Source: Acidobacteriota bacterium
Lineage (GTDB): Bacteria > Acidobacteriota > UBA6911 > RPQK01 > JAJDTT01
DNA length: 64,000 bases
Reading direction: 5' to 3'
NCBI GenBank assembly: GCA_965217775.1
Contig: CBDCJH010000002.1
Location: 4,736,001 to 4,800,000 of the forward strand
The position numbers and the translations under genes are program-made. Below are positions 42,509 through 54,092 of the stretch, piece by piece. The notes beneath the pieces are model-generated. The model saw only the letters and a list, made by a program, of their open reading frames with translations, was not told where the DNA came from and searched no databases. Positions within the stretch are counted from its first letter, which is position 1; every line of letters begins with the position of its first letter.

Positions 42509-43329
42509 CTCCGGAGGCTCCCCTGCAGCTCTTCCTCCCGGTCTTCGGACGCGTCGGATTGCAACAATTTCCTCAATCCGGCCCCGGGGTCGGAGGAGTC
42601 CATCAGCAGAGAGCCGACCAGGAAGGCATCGAAGCCGGCGTCGCGCAACTCGACCAGTTGGACGTGTTCCCGGATTCCCGACTCGGACACCAGGACGAAC
42701 CCCGTCTCCCCCTCCAGCAGCCTGGCCAGTTTGAAGGACGTGTCCAGGTCCACATGAAAGGTTCTCAGGTCGCGGTTGTTGACGCCTATGATGCGGGCCC
42801 CGCTCTCTACGGCCGTCTCCAGCTCGAAGGCATCGTGGACCTCCACCAGAGCGTCGAGCCGGAAGTCCTGCCCGCCTCGAATCAGCTCCCGGAGCTCGCC
42901 CGGAGAGAGGCAGGCGGCGATCAGGAGATAGGCGGAAGCCCCGTGGGCCCGCGCCTCCGCCAGTTGATAGGCATCGAAGATGAAGTCCTTCCGCAACAGG
43001 GGCAGCTTCGTCTCCTGCTCCCAGAGGGTGCGGATGAACTGGAGGTCGCCGTGGAAGAAATGCTTTTCGGTCAGGACCGAGACGGCCGCCGCCCCGTTGT
43101 CCAGATAGAGCCGGGCGATCTCCTGGGGAGGAAGCCGGCAGGAGAACGCCCCTCGGCTGGGGCTGTGATACTTGATCTCGGCGATGACGTTGATCCGGGG
43201 ACGAGTCAGCGCCGCTTCGAAGGAAGGGGCCGGCCGGCCGGGAGCGGCGTCCAGCAGTTCGCCCAGGGGAACCCTGGCCCGGTCCTCCTCCATATCCTGT
43301 TTCTTCCTGACCAGGATCCTATCCAGCAT
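42505..43329 (-). CDS. trpC: Indole-3-glycerol phosphate synthase
   Basis: IAEIK-SPS, SVLTE, LRKDFI, GVNNRDL, SESGI. Confidence 0.96.
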   Translation of the reverse strand: MLDRILVRKKQDMEEDRARVPLGELLDAAPGRPAPSFEAALTRPRINVIAEIKYHSPSRGAFSCRLPPQEIARLYLDNGAAAVSVLTEKHFFHGDLQFIRTLWEQETKLPLLRKDFIFDAYQLAEARAHGASAYLLIAACLSPGELRELIRGGQDFRLDALVEVHDAFELETAVESGARIIGVNNRDLRTFHVDLDTSFKLARLLEGETGFVLVSESGIREHVQLVELRDAGFDAFLVGSLLMDSSDPGAGLRKLLQSDASEDREEELQGSLRR

Positions 43330-44326
43330 AAGCCTCGATCAGCTGATCCAGCTTCCGGACTGCGCTTCCCGAGTCGATGGATTCGGCCGCGCGATCCAAG
43401 GCCACCCGAAAGTCCGGCTCTCCCGCCAGATGAAGGGCCGCCGCTGCGTTCAAGACCACCAGATCCCGTGGGGAACCGTGCTGTCTCCCCTCCAGAATTG
43501 CCCGGACCAGCCGGGCGTTGTCTTCGGGGCTGCCTCCGGCGACTGCCTGTGGATCCCAGGGAGCGAACGCGTGGGGCGCCGGGTCGAACTCGAAGCTGCG
43601 GTCCCGGTCCTCCTCCACTTCGGTCACCCAACTGGGAGCCGCCGTCGAGAGTTCGTCCAACCCGTCGCGGCTGTGGACCACCCAGGCCCGCCGGCAGCCC
43701 AGAGCAGCCAGAGCCTGCCCCAGTTTCCGAGTCAATTCCGGTGCGTAGACGCCGATGATCTGGTACGGAGCTCCCGCCGGATTCGTGAGGGGACCCAACA
43801 GGTTGAAGATGGTGCGATGCGGCAACTGCCGCCGGATCCCGACGACTCTCTTCATGGCGGGATGGAACAGCGGAGCGAAGAGAAAAGCGATCCCCAGTTC
43901 GTCCAGGCTCTTCCGGGCGACCTCGGCGGAGCGGCCGACCTGGACTCCCAGAGCCTGGAGGACGTCCGCGCTGCCGCTCCGGGAAGTGGCGGCCCGGTTG
44001 CCGTGCTTGGCCACCGGCAGCCCGGCGCCGGCGATGACGAAGGCCGCGGCGGTGGAGACGTTGAAAGTGTCCGCTCCTCCTCCGGTTCCGGCCGTGTCGA
44101 TGAAGCTGTGATGCCTGCTCCGCAGGCTCACGGCGTGGCGCCTCATGATCCGCGCGAAGCCGGCAATCTCCGAGGGAGTCTCTCCCTTGGAATAGAGCGC
44201 ACTCAGGAAGGCCATGATCTCCCGATCCGGCGTTCCCTCCGCCAGGATCAGCTCCAGGGCCTGGGCGGCCGAATCCTGCGGGAGGTCTCGGGACGCCTCC
44301 AACTCTCTGGTCAGCTCCTGCAACAT
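43319..44326 (-). CDS. trpD: Anthranilate phosphoribosyltransferase
   Basis: DTAGTGG, NVST, KHGNR, GSAD, FNLLGPLTNP, DGLDE. Confidence 0.96.
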   Translation of the reverse strand: MLQELTRELEASRDLPQDSAAQALELILAEGTPDREIMAFLSALYSKGETPSEIAGFARIMRRHAVSLRSRHHSFIDTAGTGGGADTFNVSTAAAFVIAGAGLPVAKHGNRAATSRSGSADVLQALGVQVGRSAEVARKSLDELGIAFLFAPLFHPAMKRVVGIRRQLPHRTIFNLLGPLTNPAGAPYQIIGVYAPELTRKLGQALAALGCRRAWVVHSRDGLDELSTAAPSWVTEVEEDRDRSFEFDPAPHAFAPWDPQAVAGGSPEDNARLVRAILEGRQHGSPRDLVVLNAAAALHLAGEPDFRVALDRAAESIDSGSAVRKLDQLIEAYAG

Positions 44327-44883
44327 AGGAAATTCTCCAGGATGGCCTTGCCCGGGTCGGTCAGCACCGATTCGGGATGGAATTGAACGCCGAAGATATC
44401 ATGTTCCCGATGCCTCAATCCCATGATCAGCCCGTTGTCGGTCCAGGCGTTCACCACCAGGCATTCGGGAAGATGGTCTTTGCTGACCATCAGAGAATGA
44501 TAGCGAGTGGCTTCGAAGGGATTGGGTATCCCCGAGAGGATGGAGTCCCCCTGATGATGGATTCTGGAGGTCTTCCCATGCATCAGCTCCGGCGCCCGGA
44601 TCACCAAGCCTCCATAGGCCGATGCGATGGCCTGATGGCCGAGGCAGACTCCCAGAACCGGCACCCGGCCCGCCAGCCGGCGGATCGCCTCGATGGAGAT
44701 TCCGGCGTCTTCAGGCGTTCCCGGTCCCGGTGAGATCACCAGCCTCTGGGGCGCCCGGCCCAGAATCTCGTCCGTCGTAATCCGGTCGTTGCGGTAGACC
44801 TCGAGGTCGCACCCCAACTCCCCCAGATACTGGACCAGGTTGTAGGTAAAGCTGTCGTAATTGTCGATCATGATGACGTTCAT
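44311..44883 (-). CDS. trpG: Anthranilate synthase glutamine amidotransferase subunit
   Basis: IDNYDSFTYNL, SPGPG, GVCLGHQ, RYHSL, QFHPES. Confidence 0.95.
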   Translation of the reverse strand: MNVIMIDNYDSFTYNLVQYLGELGCDLEVYRNDRITTDEILGRAPQRLVISPGPGTPEDAGISIEAIRRLAGRVPVLGVCLGHQAIASAYGGLVIRAPELMHGKTSRIHHQGDSILSGIPNPFEATRYHSLMVSKDHLPECLVVNAWTDNGLIMGLRHREHDIFGVQFHPESVLTDPGKAILENFLCCRS

Positions 44884-46256
44884 GAATGGACACCTGGAGA
44901 GTGGGCGGGCTGTCGCGGTTCCAGCGCCGAGGCCAGTTCCAGGGCCCGAAACAGGGCCCGCGCCTTGTTGCGGCATTCCTTGTGCTCGAGTTCCGGGACC
45001 GAATCGGCGACGATGCCCGCGCCCGCCTGAAGATATGCCTTTCCGTTCTTGATGGCGATGGTTCTGATGCCGATGCAGGAGTCCAGATTGCCCGAGAAGT
45101 CCAGATAGCCGACGGCTCCGGCGTAGACGCCTCGCCGGCACGGCTCCAACTCCTCGATGATCTCCATGGCCCTGACCTTGGGCGCTCCGGTCACGGTACC
45201 CGCCGGAAAGCAGGCGGCGAGAGCGTCGAACCGGTCCAATTCCGGGCGCAGCCGGCCCCGGAGCGAACTGGTGATGTGCATCACGTGCGAGTACTTCTCC
45301 AGGAACATCAGATCGGAGACGTGGACGGATCCGTAAGTGCTGACCCGCCCCAGATCGTTCCGGCCCAGATCCACCAGCATCAAGTGCTCCGCCCGTTCCT
45401 TCTCGTCCCCCAGCAACTCCTCTTCGAAGAACTTCTCCTCCTCGGGATTCCGGCCTCGACGCCGGGTGCCGGCAATGGGACGGTACTCCAGATCTCTTCC
45501 CTGAACCCGGACCAGCATCTCGGGGGAGGATCCGGCCAGCTGCAGGTCTCCCATCCTGAGATAGAAGAGATAGGGCGACGGGTTGACGTAGCGAAGGGCC
45601 CGGTAGACGTTGAAGGGGTCTCCCGGATAGTCCGCCTCGAAGCGCTGGGACAGGACCACCTGGAAGATGTCTCCGGCCCGAATGTACTCCTTGGAGGTCT
45701 CAACCGCGGCGCAGAAATCCTCTTTCCGAAAGCTGGAGCCGACGCAGCTCAGCGCCGGGAGCGCTTGGTCGGGATCGATGAGAACAGGGGCCTGCGGGGC
45801 GCTTCGGAGCCGGTGCTCCATCTCCCGGACCCGGTCCCGGCTCTCGTGGGACATGATGATGATCTGGTGTTTGACGTGGTCGAAAGCCACCACCGTGGCG
45901 TAGAAATCCATGAGCACCGTGGTGGCGGGGGAGAGGTGCCCATCCTGCCGGATCAGATTGGGAAGACGCTCCAGCTCCCGGACCATCTCATAGGCAAAGA
46001 TCCCGATGGCGCCCCCGGTGAAGGGAGGCAGGTCCGGATCGGCCGGCTTCCTCAGCGGAGGAAACTGGCGGCGGAAACCCTCGAACTGTCCTTCGAAGAC
46101 CTGGTAGGGATCCACTCCCAGGAAGGAATACCGCCCGATGTTCTCCCCTCCCTCGACCGACTCCAGGAGGAACCCTCTCCGGGCAGAGGAACCCAAGCTG
46201 AGAAAAGCGGTGACCGGGTTCAGCAGATCGGCCAAAAAGGCCTTGGTGTAAAGCAT
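44880..46256 (-). CDS. trpE: Anthranilate synthase component I
   Basis: LLESVEGG, NPSPY, PIAGT, EHLMLVDLGRNDLGRV, GAPKVRAM. Confidence 0.95.
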   Translation of the reverse strand: MLYTKAFLADLLNPVTAFLSLGSSARRGFLLESVEGGENIGRYSFLGVDPYQVFEGQFEGFRRQFPPLRKPADPDLPPFTGGAIGIFAYEMVRELERLPNLIRQDGHLSPATTVLMDFYATVVAFDHVKHQIIIMSHESRDRVREMEHRLRSAPQAPVLIDPDQALPALSCVGSSFRKEDFCAAVETSKEYIRAGDIFQVVLSQRFEADYPGDPFNVYRALRYVNPSPYLFYLRMGDLQLAGSSPEMLVRVQGRDLEYRPIAGTRRRGRNPEEEKFFEEELLGDEKERAEHLMLVDLGRNDLGRVSTYGSVHVSDLMFLEKYSHVMHITSSLRGRLRPELDRFDALAACFPAGTVTGAPKVRAMEIIEELEPCRRGVYAGAVGYLDFSGNLDSCIGIRTIAIKNGKAYLQAGAGIVADSVPELEHKECRNKARALFRALELASALEPRQPAHSPGVHS

Positions 46257-46274
46257 GGTTCAGAAACTTCGCCC

Positions 46275-46317
46275 AAAAAAAGAAAGGCCGTGGAGAACTA
46301 TCTCCACGGCCTTTCTT
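46275..46317 (-). terminator. trp attenuator terminator
   Basis: AAGAAAGGCCGTGGAGA/TCTCCACGGCCTTTCTT stem with U-run on the minus strand, just upstream of trpE. Confidence 0.9.
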
Positions 46318-46369
46318 GATCTCTATCTTGGCCCTTTGACGATGGACAGTCCTCCGATAACGATCTGTG

Positions 46370-46411
46370 CTAGACGCGCCAACCGTATCGGAAGAAACTG
46401 AAAATCGCCAT
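46370..46411 (-). CDS. trp leader peptide MAIFSFFRYGWRV
   Basis: 13-codon ORF between promoter and terminator; one Trp, three Phe and one Tyr codon; segment TTCCGATACG can pair with downstream CGTTATCGGAG. Confidence 0.8.
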   Translation of the reverse strand: MAIFSFFRYGWRV

Positions 46412-46430
46412 GTCCAAATTGCCTTTTCCG

Positions 46431-46459
46431 AAGATACAGAGTCGGCGTTCGGAAGTCAA
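46431..46459 (-). promoter_or_regulatory. Putative sigma70 promoter of the trp operon
   Basis: TTGACT-17-TATCTT. Confidence 0.7.
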
Positions 46460-46605
46460 ACCGGATCTGTTCCGTACCCTCAAATCCTTGCGCAATTGGA
46501 CGACGAATCTATCGTAGGACCGAAGCAAGGCGTGACCCATTGAAGGTTCGGCAGCTGGCAGGCCACCGGTCCTATAGGTGCCCGGAAAGAGCGAAGAGGG
46601 TGCCC

Positions 46606-47841
46606 CTACCCCCCCGACATGGAGCGGAGGAAGGTGGCGTTGTCTCGGGTCTTGCTCAGCTTGTCCAGCAAGAGTTCCATGGACTCGGTGACGGAGAGGG
46701 GATTCAGGACCTTGCGCAAGATCCAGATTCGATTCAGATCGGCCCGCTTGAGCAGGAGCTCTTCCTTGCGGGTGCCGGAACGGTTGATGTCTATGGACGG
46801 GAAGATCCGCTTGTCGACCAGGCGCCGATCCAATCCCAGCTCCATGTTTCCGGTTCCCTTGAACTCCTCGAAGATGACGTCGTCCATTCGGCTGCCGGTG
46901 TCGATCAAGGCGGTGGCGATGATGGTGAGGCTGCCGCCTTCCTCGATGTTCCTGGCTGCTCCGAAGAAACGCTTGGGCCGCTGCAGCGCGTTGGAGTCCA
47001 CGCCACCCGACAGGACCTTTCCGGAGGGCGGGACCACGGAATTGTAGGCCCGGGCCAGACGGGTGATGGAATCCAGAAGGATCACCACGTCCTTGCCGTG
47101 CTCCACCAGCCGTTTGGCTTTTTCCAGGACCATTTCGGCAACTTGGATGTGGCGGGAGGCGGGCTCGTCGAAGGTGGAGCTGATCACCTCGCCTCGAACC
47201 GAGCGCTGCATGTCGGTCACTTCTTCCGGACGCTCGTCGATGAGAAGGACGATCAGAATGACCTCATGGTGGTTCTGGGCAATGGAGTGGGCGATGCTCT
47301 GCAGGATCATGGTCTTTCCCGCCCTGGGCGGAGAAACGATCAGTCCCCGCTGGCCCTTGCCGATGGGCGTGAGCAGATCCATGACCCGGCCCGTCAGATT
47401 ATTCTGGTTCGTCTCTTGATGGACGCGCTCGTCCGGGTAGATCGGGGTCAGGTTCTCGAAAAAGGTGCGATCGCGCGCCACGTCCGGGTGCTCGAAATTG
47501 ATGGCTTCCACCTTGATCAGGGCGAAGTAGCGTTCTCCCTCCTTGGGAGGCCGGACCTGCCCGGACACGGTATCCCCGGTGCGAAGATCGAACCGGCGGA
47601 TCTGGGAGGGGGAGACGTAGATATCGTCGGGGCCGGGCAGATAGTTGTACTCGGGAGCTCGCAGAAAGCCGAATCCGTCGGGAAGCGTTTCCAGAACCCC
47701 CTCCGAGAAAATGAGGCCGCTGCGTTCCGTCTGGGCCTTGAGGATCTGGAAGATCAACTCCTGCTTCCGCATCCCCGCGGCGCCGGAAATGGCCAGACGC
47801 TGGGCGATCAGATTCAACGCGCTGATGTTCAGCTCCTTCAA
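46606..47841 (-). CDS. rho: Transcription termination factor Rho (start uncertain)
   Basis: [47 protein letters not shown]. Confidence 0.97.
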   Translation of the reverse strand: MKELNISALNLIAQRLAISGAAGMRKQELIFQILKAQTERSGLIFSEGVLETLPDGFGFLRAPEYNYLPGPDDIYVSPSQIRRFDLRTGDTVSGQVRPPKEGERYFALIKVEAINFEHPDVARDRTFFENLTPIYPDERVHQETNQNNLTGRVMDLLTPIGKGQRGLIVSPPRAGKTMILQSIAHSIAQNHHEVILIVLLIDERPEEVTDMQRSVRGEVISSTFDEPASRHIQVAEMVLEKAKRLVEHGKDVVILLDSITRLARAYNSVVPPSGKVLSGGVDSNALQRPKRFFGAARNIEEGGSLTIIATALIDTGSRMDDVIFEEFKGTGNMELGLDRRLVDKRIFPSIDINRSGTRKEELLLKRADLNRIWILRKVLNPLSVTESMELLLDKLSKTRDNATFLRSMSGG

Positions 47842-48061
47842 TTCCTGAATATTTAGGGGCTTGCCGGTTCCCGGAAGGTGGACGTGCTTGCTTCAGACAT
47901 TCTTCAATGGCCTTTCAAATTGGTCGCCACGGGATCTTTCACACCAGCCACCTGTGGCGGGATGGCCGGGAGTCTCGGAGAGTGATCAAACTCCAGAGAC
48001 TTGAATCACCAAACCTGATGGTTGTCTTCCGGTTGGATTCGATGGAACAAGCACCGTCCCC

Positions 48062-50494
48062 TCAGTGGACGCCGGCCTGTTCTCCCCCCTCCAATTGAGG
48101 CGGCTGCGGGTCGTTCATGTATTCATCCCGCCGTTGCCGACTCTTTCTCTTGATGGGCTTTTCGAGTGCGATGTCGAGAACCTCGTCCATGGTGTCGACG
48201 AGGACAATCTTGATCTTTTCCAGAACAGAGTCAGGGATCTCCTTCAGATCCTTTTCGTTGTCTTTGGCCAGAACGACGGTGCCGATCCCGGCCCGGTGAG
48301 CCGCCAGAATCTTCTCCTTGACGCCCCCGATGGGAAGGACCTTGCCGCGCAGGGTGATCTCCCCGGTCATGGCCACGTCACGGCGAACTGCGATTCCCGT
48401 CAAGGCCGAGACGATAGTGGTGGCCATGGTGATCCCGGCCGAGGGGCCGTCCTTGGGAATGGCTCCTTCCGGCACATGGACGTGCATGTCCAGAATCTTG
48501 TGAAAATCCTTGAGCAAACTGTAATCCGAACTTCGGGATCGAATGAAGGAAAGAGCGGCTTTTGCCGATTCCTGCATGACCTCGCCCAGCTTTCCGGTCA
48601 AGAGCAGATCGCCCTTGCCCTGCATGGTGGTGGCCTCGGTCAGGAGCACCTCGCCACCCGCTTCGGTCCAGGCGAGACCGGTGGCCAGACCGACCTGATT
48701 CGTTTCCGCCGCCAGTTGGCTCCGGAACTTGTGAGGACCAAGATAATCCCGGATCTTGCCGGGAGAAATATCGAAGACCTGGTCCTCGGGTTTGATCTTC
48801 TTCCGGGCCCGAACCAGCTTGTGCGCCACCTTCCGGCAGATGCTTCCGATCTCCCGCTCCAGGTTGCGGACTCCGGATTCGCGGGTGTAGTAGCGAATGA
48901 GCTCCAGGATCGCGTCGTCCTCAAATCGGAGCGGCCTCCTTTTCAGGCCGTTCCGATCCAGTTGCTTGGGCAACAGGTACTGCCGGCCGATCTTGAGCTT
49001 CTCCCATTCCGTGTAGCCGGAGATGTCGATGACCTCCATGCGATCCTGCAACGGTCTCGGAATGCTGTGACGAACGTTGCCGGTGCAGATGAAGAGGACA
49101 TCGGAGAGGTCGTATTCCGTATCCAGATAGTGGTCCACGAAGCTGTTGTTGTGCTCCGGGTCCAGGACCTCCATGAGGGCGGCGGACGGGTCGCCCCGGA
49201 AGTCCATGCTCATCTTGTCGATCTCGTCCAGAAGGAGCAGGGGATTCCGGGTCCCCGCCTTTTTCATCATCTGGATGATCTGCCCGGGAAGAGCTCCGAT
49301 GTAGGTTCGCCGGTGCCCGCGAATCTCCGCTTCGTCACGGACTCCGCCCAGTGAGAGACGGACGAACTTCCTTCCCGTCGCCCGCGCGATGGACCGTCCC
49401 AGCGAGGTCTTTCCGACGCCCGGCGGGCCGATGAAGCAGAGTATCGACCCATTGGATTTCTTGCGGGAAAGCTGCCTGACGGCGAGATACTCCAAAATCC
49501 GTTGCTTGACCTTGTCCAGACCGTAATGGTCCGCTTCCAGCACTTTCTCGGCCCGCGTGATTTCGCGGACCTCACGGCTCCGCTTCTTCCAGGGCATGGA
49601 GACGAGCCACTCGACATAGGTCCGGCTGACCGTGCTCTCGGCGCTCATGGGTGGCATGTGCTGAAGCCGCCGGATCTCATTCATCGCCTTCTCTTTGGCG
49701 TCCTTGGACATGGAGGCGGCTTCGATTTTCTTCTTCAGTTCCTCCAACTCGTCCTTGTCCCCGCGTCCCAACTCCTCCTGAATGGCCTTGACCTTCTCGT
49801 TCAGGTAGTACTCCCGCTGGGCCTTCTCCATCTGCCGGCGCACGCGCCCCTGAACCGACCGGTCCATCTTGATCTTCTCGATCTCGATCTCGATGGACTC
49901 ACAGATCTTCGTCATCCGTTCCGCGGGATCCACGATCTCAAGGAGAATCTGCTTGTCCTCGACAACGATGGGAAGGTTGGCTGCGACCGCGTCCGCGAGC
50001 CGTTCCGGGGTGGTGTTTCGAGTCGACTGGACGATGGTCTCATAGCTGATGTTGGGATTCAGCTTGGCGAATTCCTCAAACAGCAGGTTCAGGCGTTTTG
50101 TGAGCAGGCTCATCTTGGCGCGGGAGACCACCGGAACCGGCTCCACTTCGACCTCGGCCCGAAAATAGCCCGCGGCACCGGAAACACGAACGGTTCGAGC
50201 GCGCTGGACCCCCTCGACCAGAACTTTGATATTTCCGTCCGGAAGCTTGAGGCTCTGGACGATGTTGGAAACGGTTCCGACCTCGTAGATGTCCGCGGAG
50301 GACGGACTATCCTGCGACGCGTCCTTCTGGGTGGCCAGGTAGATCTTCTTGTCCGCCTTCAACGCCACTTCCAACGCCTTCACCGAGGAATCTCGCCCAA
50401 TCACGAAGGGGACCATCATCGCCGGGAAGACGACGACATCGCGAATGGGGACCATGGGATAACTCGCGGTCCGCTTGTCTTGGATGTCCGGCAT
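48062..50494 (-). CDS. lon: ATP-dependent protease La
   Basis: LON N-domain, [38 protein letters not shown]. Confidence 0.98.
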   Translation of the reverse strand: MPDIQDKRTASYPMVPIRDVVVFPAMMVPFVIGRDSSVKALEVALKADKKIYLATQKDASQDSPSSADIYEVGTVSNIVQSLKLPDGNIKVLVEGVQRARTVRVSGAAGYFRAEVEVEPVPVVSRAKMSLLTKRLNLLFEEFAKLNPNISYETIVQSTRNTTPERLADAVAANLPIVVEDKQILLEIVDPAERMTKICESIEIEIEKIKMDRSVQGRVRRQMEKAQREYYLNEKVKAIQEELGRGDKDELEELKKKIEAASMSKDAKEKAMNEIRRLQHMPPMSAESTVSRTYVEWLVSMPWKKRSREVREITRAEKVLEADHYGLDKVKQRILEYLAVRQLSRKKSNGSILCFIGPPGVGKTSLGRSIARATGRKFVRLSLGGVRDEAEIRGHRRTYIGALPGQIIQMMKKAGTRNPLLLLDEIDKMSMDFRGDPSAALMEVLDPEHNNSFVDHYLDTEYDLSDVLFICTGNVRHSIPRPLQDRMEVIDISGYTEWEKLKIGRQYLLPKQLDRNGLKRRPLRFEDDAILELIRYYTRESGVRNLEREIGSICRKVAHKLVRARKKIKPEDQVFDISPGKIRDYLGPHKFRSQLAAETNQVGLATGLAWTEAGGEVLLTEATTMQGKGDLLLTGKLGEVMQESAKAALSFIRSRSSDYSLLKDFHKILDMHVHVPEGAIPKDGPSAGITMATTIVSALTGIAVRRDVAMTGEITLRGKVLPIGGVKEKILAAHRAGIGTVVLAKDNEKDLKEIPDSVLEKIKIVLVDTMDEVLDIALEKPIKRKSRQRRDEYMNDPQPPQLEGGEQAGVH

Positions 50495-50629
50495 ACTCGT
50501 GTTCTGTCGTAAGCTAAATAGTACGAGCGCTTCTCACTGTAAGATGCAGCCCACCAGGATTCGTTTCAACGACCGTGTCGAAGCCGGTCGGACCGGCAGG
50601 GACGGCGGCAGGAACCCCCTTCAGAACCA

Positions 50630-51871
50630 TCATCCCGCCTTCTCGAGAACCTGAAACACAATTTCGCGGTTCTCCACCATTTCCTTGGTCACCACCAACT
50701 CGTCCATCGTCTTGTTGGAGGGGAGTTCGTACATGAGGTCCAACATAAGATCCTCTACCACCAACCGCAAGCCGCGCGCTCCGATCTTACTCTTCAAAGC
50801 CAGATCCGCAATGGCCAGCAGGGAGCCCTCGGTGAACCTCAGAGAGACGCCCTCGAACTCGAACATCCTCTGATATTGCTTGACCAGGGCGTTGCTGGGC
50901 CGGGTCAGGATCTCGACCAATGCGTCTCGGTCCAGATCGTGCAGCGTGCAGACGATGGAGAGGCGCCCCACGAACTCGGGAATCAGGCCGAATTTGATCA
51001 GGTCCTCAGGCAGAGTCTGGCCCAGGACTTCCGAAGTGCTTTCCTGCTTCCATCGGTTGTCGCCGAGCGAGGATCGGAACCCCATGCCGCTCCGTCCCAG
51101 ACGATTTCGAATCAATTTCTCGAGGCCGACGAAGGCTCCTCCACACAGGAACAGAATGTTCGTGGTGTCCACCTGAACGAATTCCTGGTGAGGGTGTTTG
51201 CGGCCTCCCTGAGGAGGAACGTTGGCCACGGTCCCTTCCAATATCTTGAGCAGCGCCTGTTGGACTCCCTCGCCCGATACGTCCCGCGTAATGGACGGGT
51301 TTTCATCCTTACGGGAGATCTTGTCAATCTCGTCGATGTAGATGATCCCCTGCATGCAGCGTTCCCGGTCTCCCCCGGCGGACTGCAGCAAACGAAGCAG
51401 GATGTTCTCCACGTCCTCCCCCACGTAGCCGGCCTCGGTCAAGGTGGTGGCGTCGACGATGGCAAAGGGAACCGAGAGCATGCGGGCCAGCGTCTGCGCC
51501 AGGAGCGTCTTGCCGGTACCGGTGGGGCCGATGAGCAGCACGTTGCTTTTCGAGAGCTCGACGTTCTGGCGGCGCCGTCTGCCCAGCTTGATCCGTTTGT
51601 AGTGATTGTAGACGGCCACGGCCAACTTCTTCTTGGGGATCTCCTGGCCCACGACATACTGGTCCAGGAACTCCTTGATCTCCACCGGCTTGGGCAGGGT
51701 CTCCTTGATCGATGCCGCCTCTGCCGTCAGTTCATCGGCGATGATCTCGTTGCAGATGTCGACACATTCGTCGCAAATGAAGACTGACGGACCCGCGATC
51801 AGCTTCTTGACGTGCTTCTGGCTCTTGTTGCAGAAAGAGCACTGGAAAATGTCTTCCACATTCTTCTTCAC
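50630..51871 (-). CDS. clpX: ATP-dependent Clp protease ATPase subunit
   Basis: CSFC...CDEC zinc finger, [21 protein letters not shown]; GTG start after GGGGAG. Confidence 0.97.
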   Translation of the reverse strand: MKKNVEDIFQCSFCNKSQKHVKKLIAGPSVFICDECVDICNEIIADELTAEAASIKETLPKPVEIKEFLDQYVVGQEIPKKKLAVAVYNHYKRIKLGRRRRQNVELSKSNVLLIGPTGTGKTLLAQTLARMLSVPFAIVDATTLTEAGYVGEDVENILLRLLQSAGGDRERCMQGIIYIDEIDKISRKDENPSITRDVSGEGVQQALLKILEGTVANVPPQGGRKHPHQEFVQVDTTNILFLCGGAFVGLEKLIRNRLGRSGMGFRSSLGDNRWKQESTSEVLGQTLPEDLIKFGLIPEFVGRLSIVCTLHDLDRDALVEILTRPSNALVKQYQRMFEFEGVSLRFTEGSLLAIADLALKSKIGARGLRLVVEDLMLDLMYELPSNKTMDELVVTKEMVENREIVFQVLEKAG

Positions 51872-51968
51872 TTGAGCTCCCCTGTTGACCACGAACACCG
51901 CAGAGCGCCGACCAGAGGGGTGGGATCCGGCGAACGAGTGTCGAGGCTGTCTGGGATGACCGAGTCCG

Positions 51969-52556
51969 TCAAGTGTGCTTCTCGATGGCCATGTCGATAA
52001 TACCATACTCCTTGGCTTCCGGAGTCGCCATGATGAAGTCCCGGTCCACGTCCTTGGCGACCCGGCGCAAGGTCTGCTTGGTGTGCTTGGCCAGGATCCG
52101 GTTGGTCGTATCCCGCATTCTCAGGATCTCCCGGGCATGGATATCGATGTCGGTCGCCTGACCCGAGAGTCCCGACATGGTGGGCTGGTGGATGAGGATC
52201 CGGCTGTGGGGCAGGGCGAACCGTTTTCCCGGGGCGCCGGCGGCCAGCAACAACGCCGCCATGGACGCAGCCTGCCCGATGCAAATGGTGGTCACGTCGT
52301 TCTTGACGAACTGCATGGTGTCGTAAATGGCCAGACCTGCGGTGATGGAGCCTCCCGGGGAATTGATGTACAGGGAAATGTCCTTGTCCGGTCCCTCCGC
52401 TTCCAGGAAGAGTAGTTGAGCGGTGACCACGTTGGCCACATTGTCATCGATAGGCGTGCCGACGAAGATGATGTTGTCCTTCAAGAGACGGGAATAGATG
52501 TCGTAGGCGCGCTCGCCACGATTGCTCTGCTCGACCACCATGGGAATCAAAGGCAT
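51969..52556 (-). CDS. clpP: Clp protease proteolytic subunit
   Basis: [27 protein letters not shown]. Confidence 0.98.
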   Translation of the reverse strand: MPLIPMVVEQSNRGERAYDIYSRLLKDNIIFVGTPIDDNVANVVTAQLLFLEAEGPDKDISLYINSPGGSITAGLAIYDTMQFVKNDVTTICIGQAASMAALLLAAGAPGKRFALPHSRILIHQPTMSGLSGQATDIDIHAREILRMRDTTNRILAKHTKQTLRRVAKDVDRDFIMATPEAKEYGIIDMAIEKHT

Positions 52557-52681
52557 CCTGGAACTCCTCTTTTCGCTACCCGTCGCCGGGGAGACTCATG
52601 TCGCCTCGTGGAAAAACCCGTCATGACATTCGTCCGAAGCTCCCCGGAGGGGACGCTCCCCATCGCGCGCTTTGCACGCCA

Positions 52682-53971
52682 TCAGTTCTCTCGAACCACC
52701 GCTTGCTCCACCAGCAACTCCAGCGCCTTGCGGCGAAGGATGCGAGCTTCCAGATCCGTTCTCGACTCTTGGTCGTGAAATCTCTGCCGAATCTTCTCCA
52801 GCGGCTGATTCAGAGCATCCGCCGTTTGACGAAGTTCCGCCTCCAACTCCGCCGGCTTGACCTCCAGATTCTCATTCTCGGCGATCTCCGAAAGGACCAA
52901 CGCTGCCCGCGTCTCCTGCTCGGCATCCTGGCGAAAGTCGTCCCGAATTCGATTCCAGTCCAGGTTCGCCTTGGTGGGATCCACACCCTGCCGAGCCATA
53001 TTGTAGGCGACGTCACGGATCTTGGTGTCGATCCGGTCTTCCACCAGGATTTCCGGCACCTGGAAGCGGCTGGCCTCGGAAAGCCTGTCGATCAGTTGGC
53101 GCCTGATGCTGGAATCCCGGGCCTGTTGCCATTGGCTTGAGAGCCCTTGCCGAATCTGCTCCCGGAGTTGACCCAGGTCGTCGAAATCTCCCAGATCCTT
53201 GGCGAACTCATCGTTCAGCTCCGGAAGGTCCTTGACCTTGATGTCGTTCAGTTGCAGGTTGAAGCGGACGCGGCGGCCGGCCAGCTTCTCTTCCGGATAC
53301 TCTTGGGGATAGTCCACGACGAAAGTCTTCTCTCCGCCGACCTCCATTTCCTGCAGGGCCTGATTGAAATCTCGCTGGGTGCGTTCGTCTCCCACGCGGA
53401 TGGTCGTGTTCTCCTGCCGGATCGCCTCATCTCCGTCGGGAACGTACTTGCCCACCAGGTCCACCACAGCGTAGTCCCCATCGCGGGCTGCTTCCCGATC
53501 CGGAACCGAAATCAGGGGCGCATGGCGACCCCGAAGCTGCTCCAACTCCCGGGTCACCGATTCCTCGTCCGGAGACTTCTTCTCCAGACGCACTTCCAGC
53601 CCCCTGTATTCGGGGATCTCGAAGTCGGGCAGGGTCTCCACCACGGCCTCGTACACCAGAGGCTCCCCGTCATTGAAGTCCACTTGTTCCAGTTGCAACT
53701 GGCCGAGGGGTCGGATTTTCCTTTCCCGGATGGACTGGTCGTAAGACGCGGGGATCAACTTTCGCAGGACATCCTGGCGAATGTCCTTTCGATATCGCCG
53801 TTTGACCAGCGCCACCGGGGCCTTGCCGGGGCGGAACCCGGCAATTCGGGAGTGTCTTCTATAGGTCGCGGCAACCCGGTTGAACTCGGCGAGCACCGTC
53901 TCGACCGGCACCTCGACCCGCAACTTCATTTTAACCGGGCTGATCTCTTCCAGTTCCGTCCGGACGTTCAT
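52682..53971 (-). CDS. tig: Trigger factor
   Basis: GFRPGKAP signature, FKBP domain, synteny with clpPX. Confidence 0.95.
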   Translation of the reverse strand: MNVRTELEEISPVKMKLRVEVPVETVLAEFNRVAATYRRHSRIAGFRPGKAPVALVKRRYRKDIRQDVLRKLIPASYDQSIRERKIRPLGQLQLEQVDFNDGEPLVYEAVVETLPDFEIPEYRGLEVRLEKKSPDEESVTRELEQLRGRHAPLISVPDREAARDGDYAVVDLVGKYVPDGDEAIRQENTTIRVGDERTQRDFNQALQEMEVGGEKTFVVDYPQEYPEEKLAGRRVRFNLQLNDIKVKDLPELNDEFAKDLGDFDDLGQLREQIRQGLSSQWQQARDSSIRRQLIDRLSEASRFQVPEILVEDRIDTKIRDVAYNMARQGVDPTKANLDWNRIRDDFRQDAEQETRAALVLSEIAENENLEVKPAELEAELRQTADALNQPLEKIRQRFHDQESRTDLEARILRRKALELLVEQAVVREN

Positions 53972-54092
53972 GATCCACCGCCGATGCCCGTTTCAAGGCG
54001 GCACACATTCTAACAGCCCTCGGCGACCGCCGCGCCGATGGCGAAATATGGAGACGGTGCCCACAAGGGGAGCCCTACGTTATAGTCTCTTC

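Noticed and set aside
50495-50580. Possible CIRCE or heat-shock site upstream of lon
   Set aside because: Only TTAGC matches; no inverted-repeat half-site.
54055-54079. REP-like GTGCCCACAAGGGGAGCCCTAC
   Set aside because: Degenerate hairpin that coincides with the spacer of a plausible promoter; not counted as a confident REP.
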